64,000 nt of DNA from a virus (taxonomy: Duplodnaviria; Caudoviricetes). Shown here piece after piece: positions 39,326-47,392 of this stretch. Below the pieces are notes generated by a model. It was not told the DNA's origin and ran no database searches. It worked only from the letters and a program-made list of their open reading frames with translations. The position numbers and the translations under genes are program-made. Numbering within the stretch: position 1 is the stretch's first letter; the number at the start of each line of letters is the position of its first letter. The DNA is taken from positions 29,168 to 93,167 of IMG/VR virus record IMGVR_UViG_3300005614_000005; one strand, given 5' to 3'.

Positions 39326-39695
39326 CGGGGGTCACCAGTTCCTGGGCGACCCTGACGAGCTTCACCTGCGAGGGCAGCGGCAGCCTCTCTGCCACCTCGG
39401 TGGGCAGGGTAGTAAGTTCTGTCAGGAGCGTGATCCTGCGGGTACGGAGGCGTTTCGCGAGCGTGGTTGCCTCCTTGTCGTCGTTCGTGAGCTGGAGCTG
39501 GAGCTGGGTACGCTCGAAACGAGCCAGGTTGCCCATCAGCTTCGCCTCAGCGTCGGCGCTCAGGTGCTCGAACCCGAGGAGCTTGTACTCCTCGCCGTCC
39601 ACGGTGAACGTCTTTGCGGGCTCGACCTCGGTGGTGAGCTCGATCACGTAGTCAGGCGTCTGCGCGGCCTGCGGCTCAACGGGTGTATCAGTCAT
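39303..39695 (-). CDS. Tail assembly chaperone (G-like)
   Basis: FTVDGEEYKL; position downstream of the major tail gene. Confidence 0.7.
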   Translation of the reverse strand: MTDTPVEPQAAQTPDYVIELTTEVEPAKTFTVDGEEYKLLGFEHLSADAEAKLMGNLARFERTQLQLQLTNDDKEATTLAKRLRTRRITLLTELTTLPTEVAERLPLPSQVKLVRVAQELVTPGAGEDGE

Positions 39696-39903
39696 CTTCT
39701 GTGCCTCCTGGGGCTGTGTTGATGTCGATCTGTACCTGCAGACCGATGCCGTGACGTTTCAACACGTCATCGAGCCGTGCAAGCGACTTGGCGGTGCGCC
39801 GCGTCTGCGCGCCGAGCTTCTTGACCTCGCCTCGTGCGGCGTGGGCCAGTACTGCAAGTTCCTCCAGGTCTTCCTTGAGGGGCTGCGCCGAAGCCATGCC
39901 CAC
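39688..39903 (-). CDS. Hypothetical coiled-coil protein
   Basis: Strong AAGGAGG RBS; helical sequence. Confidence 0.55.
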   Translation of the reverse strand: MGMASAQPLKEDLEELAVLAHAARGEVKKLGAQTRRTAKSLARLDDVLKRHGIGLQVQIDINTAPGGTEDD

Positions 39904-39921
39904 CTCCTTCTGTCTGAGGGA

Positions 39922-40500
39922 CTAGCTGGTCTGAGCTACGATCTGGCCGAAGCGTTCTGCCTCGGTCGCGGCAGCGGTGTTCTCGAGCGCGGACCACGTG
40001 CAGTGGAACATGGCCGGCGCCTCCTCCTTGAAGTCGATCTGAGGCTGCTGCGTCTGCACGACGATCGGCACCTGGTACTGAAGGTTGAACGCGCCGTACG
40101 GGGAGTCCCCGCGGACCACCATCGCGAACTGCGCGACGTTGCGGCCCATGTGGATGTTCATCTTCTTGATCGCGGGCGGCCCAGCTTCCGCGGTCACCGT
40201 CGCGCTGTTGAGCGCTTCGGCGAAGCGTTCCAGCGACAGGTCGATGAGCGAGAATTCGATGTCCAACCCCTCCGCGTGGCGGATCGCCTTGACGGGGCCG
40301 GTGTTCTGGTCGGTGGAGATCAGGTTGAGCGTCTGCGAGTGCTTGACCGCGACGCCGCCCGAAGTGCGACCGAGGAAGGTCCACGAAGGAATGGATTCCG
40401 CCGAGCCAGCGTTGACCACGGGGAATGCCGTGCCGGTGGCCGCGACGAAGACGAACGCGGGACCCGCGATGATTTGGAAGGGTGCGGTGGCGACGCCCAT
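39922..40500 (-). CDS. Major tail tube protein
   Basis: IIAGPAFVFVA...W.FLG.TSGGV; size and synteny fit. Confidence 0.85.
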   Translation of the reverse strand: MGVATAPFQIIAGPAFVFVAATGTAFPVVNAGSAESIPSWTFLGRTSGGVAVKHSQTLNLISTDQNTGPVKAIRHAEGLDIEFSLIDLSLERFAEALNSATVTAEAGPPAIKKMNIHMGRNVAQFAMVVRGDSPYGAFNLQYQVPIVVQTQQPQIDFKEEAPAMFHCTWSALENTAAATEAERFGQIVAQTS

Positions 40501-40503
40501 GTT

Positions 40504-40728
40504 CTACTCCCTGTCGAAGGTCTCGTGTGGTTGACGCTGCAGACGTGTGGCATCCTCGACGGGGACCTCCCGAGCCTGACCGTCACGGGTGAACGTGACT
40601 CCGGTCGGGGTGTCGATGAACTCGTGCGAGGGGCCCAGGTAACGAAGCCTCACTGTCTCGGGCTCCTGCTTGTCTGCGTCCTGAGCGTCATCGGCCTTCG
40701 GTACATCCTTTCCGCGTGTATTGGCCAC
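40504..40728 (-). CDS. Hypothetical virion-module protein
   Basis: 74 aa containing LRYLGP; leaderless TAGGAT upstream. Confidence 0.55.
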   Translation of the reverse strand: MANTRGKDVPKADDAQDADKQEPETVRLRYLGPSHEFIDTPTGVTFTRDGQAREVPVEDATRLQRQPHETFDRE

Positions 40729-40770
40729 AACGGAATCCTACCCCCGGGCGCCGCGGTGCGAGAATGAAGA

Positions 40771-40779
40771 TGCTACAAT
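40771..40779 (+). promoter_or_regulatory. Extended -10 promoter for the small RNA
   Basis: TGCTACAAT (TGnTAnnnT) ends 6 nt before G1 of the RNA at 40786. Confidence 0.65.
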
Positions 40780-40785
40780 TCAAGC

Positions 40786-40866
40786 GGGCGTGACGGGAAT
40801 GCCATCCTTCCGAGCCAACGCGGCTCGGCGAGCGGTGGGACGCCGGTTCGACTCCGGCCACGTCCA
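40786..40866 (+). ncRNA. Miniature tmRNA-like RNA (tRNA-like domain only, Ala identity)
   Basis: Acceptor stem GGGCGTG/CACGTCC with G3.U70 and A73; no D-stem; stem CCATC/GGTGG; GAC linker; T-arm GCCGG-TTCGACT-CCGGC; internal hairpin CCGAGCC-AACGC-GGCTCGG. Confidence 0.75.
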
Positions 40867-40870
40867 TCCG

Positions 40871-40915
40871 AGTTATTTACCGTTCTGCCCTTATTCACTG
40901 GCGCGGTAAATAACT
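40871..40915. terminator. 12-bp inverted repeat downstream of the small RNA and at the end of the tail-terminator gene
   Basis: AGTTATTTACCG-N21-CGGTAAATAACT. Confidence 0.6.
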
Positions 40916-41399
40916 ACGTAGTGGGTGAACTTACGGGTTCGCGTCCGACCATCATTTCCACGAACATGAGCTGCTCCCACGTGGCTTGCGAGTCGAAGTG
41001 AAGCGACGGCCCCGAGAGCACCGCAACTCTGTGCACGAGCCACTGGGTGTCGGTACTGTCGGTGACAACCTGGCGGTGTCGATTCTGTAGGATGTCGTGC
41101 ACGTGGTACCCGATCCGATCCGACACGTCGATGGCGTGCGCCATGCAACGGATCTGAAGGCGTGGGTAGACGACGGGAATGTACCGCTCGGCGCGCAACG
41201 GTCCCGAGTCAGTTACCGACACGACACCGGCCTGTTGCTGTTCGTTAGTCGCGGGGCCAACGATCACCGGCGGCGACCCCCGCACGATACGAGGATCGAC
41301 CTCGTTCAGGAGGATGATCATCAACAGTTCAGCCGGCGAGAGCGGGGTGCGGGGCGTCGTGCCCTTCTGAACCTGAGGTCCTGCGGGTTGCAGTGGCAT
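40914..41399 (-). CDS. Tail terminator-like protein
   Basis: Start ATG 41399; PRLQIRC; position between the neck genes and the major tail gene. Confidence 0.65.
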   Translation of the reverse strand: MPLQPAGPQVQKGTTPRTPLSPAELLMIILLNEVDPRIVRGSPPVIVGPATNEQQQAGVVSVTDSGPLRAERYIPVVYPRLQIRCMAHAIDVSDRIGYHVHDILQNRHRQVVTDSTDTQWLVHRVAVLSGPSLHFDSQATWEQLMFVEMMVGREPVSSPTT

Positions 41400-41791
41400 C
41401 AGAACCCGACCTCCACGAAGGCGCCCTTCATCAGCTCGAGCCACATGCCCGACGAGAAGATCTCCGACGTGGCCGGACCCATATACGGCTCGTGACGCCC
41501 ACACTCGATGACGCAGGCGTACGGCAGCCACGACCCGACCTCGCAGATCGCGATGAAGTCAGAACCGACGATGTTCTCGGGCGTCGCCTCCCCCTCGCCA
41601 ATGGTGTCGATCAGTGCGACGTGAATCGAGTCGCGTAGGTGCGGTTCGGGCAGGTCGGGGCGGTAGACCACGATCTCCGCGGCGCGCTTACCGATGGCAT
41701 CGGCGATGGCGAGGGTGCCACGCGCGGTTCCAGCGCGGGCGCGACTGATAAGCTCAGCCCCGTTCCACTCGATGGTGACGTCACTGGGCAT
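41399..41791 (-). CDS. HK97 gp10-like neck protein
   Basis: LRDSI...YACVIECG...PYMGPA. Confidence 0.7.
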   Translation of the reverse strand: MPSDVTIEWNGAELISRARAGTARGTLAIADAIGKRAAEIVVYRPDLPEPHLRDSIHVALIDTIGEGEATPENIVGSDFIAICEVGSWLPYACVIECGRHEPYMGPATSEIFSSGMWLELMKGAFVEVGF

Positions 41792-42185
41792 AGATCGCGT
41801 CCCTGACCACCGAGACCTTCAACTCGAGGTGGTGGATTGCGTTCATGGCGAAGCAAGGTCGCAGCAGCGTGATCTTCCCGTCGGGAAGAAGAACCTGTTC
41901 GGTGTGGGGATCGAACACCTTCACACGGTCGGCCTCCCGCACGTTCACGTTCGGCGCGCAGAAGACCGTGTAGGTCACCACGTAGACGTCACGCGAGCGC
42001 TCGCCGAACTGCTGCCCGCCTTTCGGCGTCGTGAGGCGACACGCAGCTTCGGGGACCTGAAGTTGCATCCCCTTGACGCCGGGTTCGTTCCGGTCTACGA
42101 CACCAGATTCGGGCTGGCCGAAACGGTCAACCGCCCCCGAGTAGCGGTAAACCGCCATCCGGTGGGGGAAGAGGTGTGCCAGCAT
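41781..42185 (-). CDS. Head-closure (stopper) protein
   Basis: DRFGQP...VREADRV...HHLEL. Confidence 0.7.
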   Translation of the reverse strand: MLAHLFPHRMAVYRYSGAVDRFGQPESGVVDRNEPGVKGMQLQVPEAACRLTTPKGGQQFGERSRDVYVVTYTVFCAPNVNVREADRVKVFDPHTEQVLLPDGKITLLRPCFAMNAIHHLELKVSVVRDAIYAQ

Positions 42186-42220
42186 GTAGAGATCCTACCC
42201 GCCGCTCTGGCGGGTAGCAC

Positions 42221-42556
42221 CTACACGTAGTAGGTGCGGAACTTGATTGTAACGGCCGAGGAATTCACGAACACCTGACCGTTGGGCTGGTTGTAGACCG
42301 CAGGTGAAAGTGGACCGACGAGCTTCGTCGCGGCGGCGGCGACTTTGATTTCCTTGCCCGGATACCCGACACCGTCCGCGACCCCCGGCTGCAGGATCGT
42401 GACGGTACCTTCCGCGCCACCCGTGTTGTGAATTTCTAGGTGAACGCGCCCGTCGTTGTATGGGATGAAGTTGTTTTCGGCTGAGGCCGCCTGTTCGGCG
42501 GGAGGCACGACGCCAGCGGACGTGACGGTCGTGACAGCAAGTTCGACGCGGGCCAT
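42221..42556 (-). CDS. Small virion beta-sandwich protein (paralog 2)
   Basis: Aligns by eye with 42559..42897. Confidence 0.65.
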   Translation of the reverse strand: MARVELAVTTVTSAGVVPPAEQAASAENNFIPYNDGRVHLEIHNTGGAEGTVTILQPGVADGVGYPGKEIKVAAAATKLVGPLSPAVYNQPNGQVFVNSSAVTIKFRTYYV

Positions 42557-42558
42557 AA

Positions 42559-42897
42559 CTAGATCTGGTAGGCGCGAACCTTGAGCGGTTTCGCGGTGTT
42601 GAAGAACACTGCACCTTCGGCCTGGTTGTAGATGCCGACGGGGAACGGCCCGAAGAGCACCTTCTTGCCGTTCAGAACGGTGATCTGCTTGCCTTCGTGT
42701 TCCGCCGCAACTCCGTCCTGGAGCTGCGGAATCAGGAAGGTGATCGTGGTAGACGAGACTTCCGCGTTTTCAACTTCAAGCAGGATGCGCCCGCCGTTGT
42801 TTTCGATCTTGTGTTCCGTTGCGGTGGTCGTCTGCGCGGGAACTTCGATGGTCCCAGTGCGGTCAACCTGGGTGACGGGAATCGCGGTGCGTGCCAT
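42559..42897 (-). CDS. Small virion beta-sandwich protein (paralog 1)
   Basis: NNGGRILLEVEN...GPFPVGIYNQ. Confidence 0.65.
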   Translation of the reverse strand: MARTAIPVTQVDRTGTIEVPAQTTTATEHKIENNGGRILLEVENAEVSSTTITFLIPQLQDGVAAEHEGKQITVLNGKKVLFGPFPVGIYNQAEGAVFFNTAKPLKVRAYQI

Positions 42898-42936
42898 GGT
42901 CTATGAGAGATCCTACTTCACTACCCCGATCTGGGG

Positions 42937-43905
42937 TTAGGGCACAAGCTGGGTGCGACGCTTGTACGGACGCATGAGGTTCTTCGCCATGTCCGGGATG
43001 GTCTCCTGCATGTCGCCCTGGCCGCGCATGGGCCGGTTCATGTACATGTAGTCGCCCATCCGCTCCTCGGTGAAACCCGACGCGGCAGTTGGGCCGCGCT
43101 GGTAGATCGCTGCGGCGGTGATCGCTACCCCGTCGCGAACTGGCGTGGGAATGGCGGTCGCGGCGGGGGTGTAGTCCACCTCCACACGGGCCCAGTTTTC
43201 GGGAAGGTGCACGGAGTAGGCCCCCTCGAAAGGCACGTCGAAGAAAGTTGGGTGAAGCCTGATGAAGCGGCCGCTCCCCTCCACCTCCCAGTCGAGGACG
43301 GGAATCGCAATGTACGCGGTCGCCTTCGGCGTACGGAAGAGACGCACCTGCACGACGGTTGAGCCCGAGAGAGGCACCGGCACGTACCCGTCCTCGCGCA
43401 CGTCGAAGAACTGCATCGTCGCACCCTGTGCGTGACCGGGCTGCACGGGTTCGCCCACGTCGGTGAAGGTCGTCGCGGGTGCGAAGGTCGCGACGAGCGC
43501 GGGGCTCGTGTTCATTCCACCGACGACGGTTGCACGATATGCCTTGTAGAGTTCCGCGCCCTGCACGGCCTGCCACTGAAGTACCGCTCGGGAGTTCTGC
43601 GCCACTTCGGCCTGTGTTTCGTTCGACGCGGCGGTTTCAACCCCCGCCACCACCGCTGCCACCCGCCAGTAATAGGTGCCGACGTTCAGTTTCCCGAGGC
43701 CGGGTTCCACGCGCACGCCGAGCCCCGTGGGGCCGGGCGAGAGGCCGCCGGCCTGCGTGTAGTCCTGCTTGAGCCAGCGTGTTACAAGCTGTTCGGCAGT
43801 TTCGAGTGCCGACCCTAGTGCCTCGGTCGTGATCGAGTCGTTGTCGTCGGTGGTGACGTGGAGAGCCCGCTTGACGTCAGCAACGGTGGCGAGGGTAACA
43901 GCCAT
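42937..43905 (-). CDS. Head-tail adaptor (gp6/gp15-like) with an inserted FN3-like domain
   Basis: LATVADVKRAL...IPTPVRDGV...ERMGDY...LMRPYKR; insert TYYWRVAAV...W..V.GA..YKAYR...FTD. Confidence 0.75.
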   Translation of the reverse strand: MAVTLATVADVKRALHVTTDDNDSITTEALGSALETAEQLVTRWLKQDYTQAGGLSPGPTGLGVRVEPGLGKLNVGTYYWRVAAVVAGVETAASNETQAEVAQNSRAVLQWQAVQGAELYKAYRATVVGGMNTSPALVATFAPATTFTDVGEPVQPGHAQGATMQFFDVREDGYVPVPLSGSTVVQVRLFRTPKATAYIAIPVLDWEVEGSGRFIRLHPTFFDVPFEGAYSVHLPENWARVEVDYTPAATAIPTPVRDGVAITAAAIYQRGPTAASGFTEERMGDYMYMNRPMRGQGDMQETIPDMAKNLMRPYKRRTQLVP

Positions 43906-43921
43906 ACCGTTAGCCTACCCG

Positions 43922-44284
43922 TTAGGGCGACTCGAAGAAGAGAATAGCGGTAACTGCGTTCGCTACCGCGTTCGAGAGTGAGACTTCGATCTTGATGTCA
44001 CCGTTCACGAGAGGCGAGTTCCACCGACCTTCGCCTGCGGCGATGTGTTCGCCTTTGGAGTTGTGGGCCTGCACACGAACGTAGTAGGTTTCTTCGGTCG
44101 CGGATATGACTTCGAGCAGCGTCTGGAGACCGTTCTTCACGACGACCTTGGTCGTACCGGGAACGCCGCCAGCGTACTTGAGCTGGATGGCAACAAGTTC
44201 TGAGGGCTGCGTGCCGATGGCAACGCTTCCCGTCGCTGCGCCGTTGGCGCCTACCGTGGTGACCTGGCCTACCTGACTTCTCAC
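43922..44284 (-). CDS. Hypothetical virion protein
   Basis: Beta-rich, coupled within the head operon. Confidence 0.55.
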   Translation of the reverse strand: MRSQVGQVTTVGANGAATGSVAIGTQPSELVAIQLKYAGGVPGTTKVVVKNGLQTLLEVISATEETYYVRVQAHNSKGEHIAAGEGRWNSPLVNGDIKIEVSLSNAVANAVTAILFFESP

Positions 44285-44652
44285 GAGTCACCCCCGTCCT
44301 CGGGCGGAACGAAGTCAGGATGCTTGACGCGCTCGTGCGTGGCGCGGCCGCCAGCGTTGGCGAGCACCTTGCCGCAGTCAGGCGCGCGGCAGGCGTAACC
44401 GGTGCGCTTGAGGTCAGCCTTCGTCATGGGACCACTCGCAGCGCTCTCGTTCTTGGCCTCCGCTTGCGCGATCTCCTCGGGCGATGGATACTGCGCCTCA
44501 GCCGGCTGATCTACAACTTCAACCCAACGCAGACCTTCACGCTGCACGGCGTTGAGCACGTTCTCGTCGTCACACGGCGTGAAGCCAGGACGAAAGTGCC
44601 ACGGGCCGTAGCTGTAAGTTCCCTGCCCTGTGACGAGGACCCCGGGGGCCAT
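44281..44652 (-). CDS. Hypothetical protein with C-terminal C2H2 zinc finger
   Basis: YACRAPDCGKVLANAGGRATHERVKH. Confidence 0.65.
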   Translation of the reverse strand: MAPGVLVTGQGTYSYGPWHFRPGFTPCDDENVLNAVQREGLRWVEVVDQPAEAQYPSPEEIAQAEAKNESAASGPMTKADLKRTGYACRAPDCGKVLANAGGRATHERVKHPDFVPPEDGGDS

Positions 44653-44657
44653 CGGGA

Positions 44658-44957
44658 TCAGAGCCCCGGACGGCGCTTGTACCAGAAGATGACGAGCTTG
44701 TTACCCGACGTGCTTTCGGTGCTCTGCACGTTCCCGTCAGAGGTGACCTTCACCGTGGAGGTGATGTCGGACGGGACGCCGGCGGTGAACTCGACCACGT
44801 TCGCGATCATGTCCTCGACGCGGATGTTCTGCCCGGTCCGGTCTTTGACCGCGATGTTGGTGTTCGCGTTCGCGCCGCTGACGACGGAGACCTCAGGGAC
44901 CGCAGGACGGCCGGCGTACCGGGCGGCGAGCTTGCGGACGTCGAATGTGACGGCCAT
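44658..44957 (-). CDS. Putative capsid decoration protein
   Basis: 99-aa beta-rich ORF directly after the MCP; GGAGGGAG RBS. Confidence 0.55.
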   Translation of the reverse strand: MAVTFDVRKLAARYAGRPAVPEVSVVSGANANTNIAVKDRTGQNIRVEDMIANVVEFTAGVPSDITSTVKVTSDGNVQSTESTSGNKLVIFWYKRRPGL

Positions 44958-44969
44958 CTCAGCTCCCTC

Positions 44970-45938
44970 CTAGTTGACGGTTACGTCGACGTTGGTCGCG
45001 ATGGCGGTCGCGTCGGGTACGGCCACCTTGGCGTCGACACGAGCGGTGACGATGAAGGAGGTCGCGCCCTCGCGCGGGTCGCGCCAGGTCTCCAGCGTGA
45101 TGCTGCGCCGGAAGCCCGCGTACAGGTTGTTGCGGTTCGCCAGTAGGACCTGAGACTTGGCGACACCCGATTCTTCGGTGATCACGAAGGCGGGAACGCC
45201 GACGATGAGGATCCCCTGGTAGCGGAGCTCCTGCGTGCCGGACAGCGACAGATCGCCCAGCGGCGTACCGCGGGAAGCGAGGATGTCGCGGTACCGCTCT
45301 TCGAGGCGCTTCGGCACGTAGTACCGACCGTCGACCTCGATGTTCCTCTTGTGGCGGTCCGGAAGCTTGTTGAGCAGGGACTTGAAGATCAGCTGGTAGT
45401 CCTGGCCCTCAGGTTCGCCGTTGAAGACGTGACCTTTTTCGCCCTGCGCCTCGACGATCCACCCGTTCATCAGTTTGTAGTACGGGTCGGCCGATTCGGT
45501 GTTACCGTTGAGCATCAGGTCCTCGACGTCGAACCCGAAGCGTGAAGCGAGCGTGCGCTCGACGGTCTGGGCGAAGCCCTGGCCGGCGACGTTGTCCTCC
45601 ATCACCTCGTCGGAGATGGGGACCTCGGCACGAAGCAGAACGGTGGAGATCTCCACGATCCCCGTGGTCGGAACGACCTGTTCCGACGCGGACAGGCGGG
45701 TCGCCTCCGCGCCACCGCGAGCGACGCGGGCGCTGAAGTCGATGATCGCCTCCTGCCACTTGTTGGAGGGGCTCTTGACCACGTGCACGTCGTTCAGCAT
45801 GACCTGCTGAGCCGACATGAGCTCGATGAACTGATCGGCCTGCTCGATGGTGAGCGGCGCGGTGCCGTTCGAGCTGCCTCCGAACGCGGAGGTAGTCAGA
45901 GTGGCCTTCTGCAGCAGTTCCTCGTTTGTGATTCCCAT
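44970..45938 (-). CDS. Major capsid protein (HK97 fold)
   Basis: LTIEQADQFI...EVPISDEVMEDN...DVEDLMLNG...GW...TARVD. Confidence 0.9.
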   Translation of the reverse strand: MGITNEELLQKATLTTSAFGGSSNGTAPLTIEQADQFIELMSAQQVMLNDVHVVKSPSNKWQEAIIDFSARVARGGAEATRLSASEQVVPTTGIVEISTVLLRAEVPISDEVMEDNVAGQGFAQTVERTLASRFGFDVEDLMLNGNTESADPYYKLMNGWIVEAQGEKGHVFNGEPEGQDYQLIFKSLLNKLPDRHKRNIEVDGRYYVPKRLEERYRDILASRGTPLGDLSLSGTQELRYQGILIVGVPAFVITEESGVAKSQVLLANRNNLYAGFRRSITLETWRDPREGATSFIVTARVDAKVAVPDATAIATNVDVTVN

Positions 45939-45954
45939 GATCGTGTTATTCCCT

Positions 45955-46584
45955 CTAGGAGATTGTTACCCGGCTACCGCGAGCTGCGGCGACGATGCCC
46001 TGCTGCAGCGGAGACAGGGTCGACTTGGAGACTGCTGAAGGATCCTGCCCTTCCACCTGCGCGCTGCCGGCGAGGTGCTTCTCGATGCCCTCCATGCGAC
46101 CACTCAGTGCAACGATGGCCTCACGGAATGCCTCGACGTCCTCGGCCTTGAGCACGGGCTCAGCGGGAGCAGCCGGCTCGGTGGGCTCGGCCTTGGCGAC
46201 CGGCTCGGCGGGAGCGGCGGGCTCAGCGGGAGCAGCCGGCTCGGTGGGCTCGGCCTTGGCGACCGGCTCGGCGGGAGCGGCACCCGCACGGAAGTGGGAA
46301 CGAAGCTTCTCGATGAGCGTGGGCTCGGACGGCTCGGGGGTCAGTTCCTTCTCAACGAAGGAGCGGAGCTCGTCGCGGGCCTTCACGATGGCTTCTGGGG
46401 CGCTGTCGAGCACGGTCGCGGCGGCCAAGGTGGCGTACACCGAGCCGAGCTGTGCCTCGGCGGTGCGAACTGCGTCTACCTGACCGTCTGCGCTCTTCAT
46501 GACGAGCCAACCCTCGATTCCGGTTGCGGGATGATTGACCCCCGACACCTCATCGATGCCAAGGCTGTCCAGTCGTGTGCTCAC
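45955..46584 (-). CDS. Scaffold protein with an N-terminal protease-like strand
   Basis: IDEVSGVNHPA at the N-terminus, a Pro/Ala repeat and a C-terminal coiled coil; directly upstream of the MCP. Confidence 0.7.
   Translation of the reverse strand: MSTRLDSLGIDEVSGVNHPATGIEGWLVMKSADGQVDAVRTAEAQLGSVYATLAAATVLDSAPEAIVKARDELRSFVEKELTPEPSEPTLIEKLRSHFRAGAAPAEPVAKAEPTEPAAPAEPAAPAEPVAKAEPTEPAAPAEPVLKAEDVEAFREAIVALSGRMEGIEKHLAGSAQVEGQDPSAVSKSTLSPLQQGIVAAARGSRVTIS
46155..46280. repeat. 63-bp tandem duplication in the scaffold gene (21-aa AAPAEPVAKAEPTEPAAPAEP unit)
   Basis: Two consecutive identical 63-nt copies. Confidence 0.8.
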
Positions 46585-46619
46585 GATCCGATACTACTTT
46601 CACGCTCGCGGGTGGGTAC

Positions 46620-46892
46620 CTAACAAATCCGCGATCCGACGCGGGTCCAGAAAATGGTCCCAAAGAACGATGTCACCGCGATGACACCGAGCACCGCGGC
46701 TGTGTGCCACGTCCAACCGTGTGTGATGACTTCCCCCGCCCCGAACAGCGTCACGAGGACGGTGGCGATGTCTCCGCCGGCGTCCATCGCCCCAGCGAGC
46801 ACGGACTTGCCGCGCGCCTCGGCAATGACGAGCATCGTTCCGAGCGCGTCCTTGAGAGCCATCGCGAGCGCGGCGAACAGTAGCGAGAGCAT
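46620..46892 (-). CDS. Small multi-pass membrane protein
   Basis: 90 aa with about three hydrophobic helices. Confidence 0.6.
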   Translation of the reverse strand: MLSLLFAALAMALKDALGTMLVIAEARGKSVLAGAMDAGGDIATVLVTLFGAGEVITHGWTWHTAAVLGVIAVTSFFGTIFWTRVGSRIC

Positions 46893-47372
46893 CTAACGCG
46901 TCTCGTCGGGAAGCTCGGCGCCGGGCATCGCCTTGCAGATGATCTTCGCAAGTCGGTGGATCTGAACGGTGAGCTGGGTGTTTGACTTGAGCAAACGCAA
47001 GTTCTCGGCCGCGAGCTCCTCGCGGTGCTTCGCATCGGCAAGTTCACGGGCGGCGTTCTTCTTAGCTTCGGCCTTCGCGGCGATGATCACGAGTGCGCCC
47101 GTGTAGAAGGCGACGCCCGAGAAGATCAGGTTGAGGAGAATCCACGGCTCGGGATCGAACTGGCCGCCGTGACTGAGTGCGGCGACGGTGTGAACAACGT
47201 ATGGCACACCGCCGTTGATGAAGATCCACGCAACGATGATCCCCGTGCCAAGTACGACAAACCCGACCGTCCCCATTCCCGACGCCACCTTCTCGGCGAG
47301 ACGCTCCATGAAGGAGTCACCGAAGGCGTTCTCGGTACGGTGTGCGCGGTGGTGTCGAAGTGGATCCCTCAC
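46893..47372 (-). CDS. DUF1003-like membrane protein
   Basis: ERLAEKVASGMGT...FDPEPWILLNLIFS, followed by a coiled coil. Confidence 0.8.
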   Translation of the reverse strand: MRDPLRHHRAHRTENAFGDSFMERLAEKVASGMGTVGFVVLGTGIIVAWIFINGGVPYVVHTVAALSHGGQFDPEPWILLNLIFSGVAFYTGALVIIAAKAEAKKNAARELADAKHREELAAENLRLLKSNTQLTVQIHRLAKIICKAMPGAELPDETR

Positions 47373-47392
47373 GGTAGTGAGGGTACCGCGTG

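Noticed and set aside
40786-40866. Canonical tRNA-Ala, or an attP fragment of tRNA/tmRNA
   Set aside because: It has no D-stem and no 7-nt anticodon loop with U33. Both acceptor-stem halves, a promoter and a downstream hairpin are present, and no integrase is visible, so it does not look like a 3'-only att duplication.
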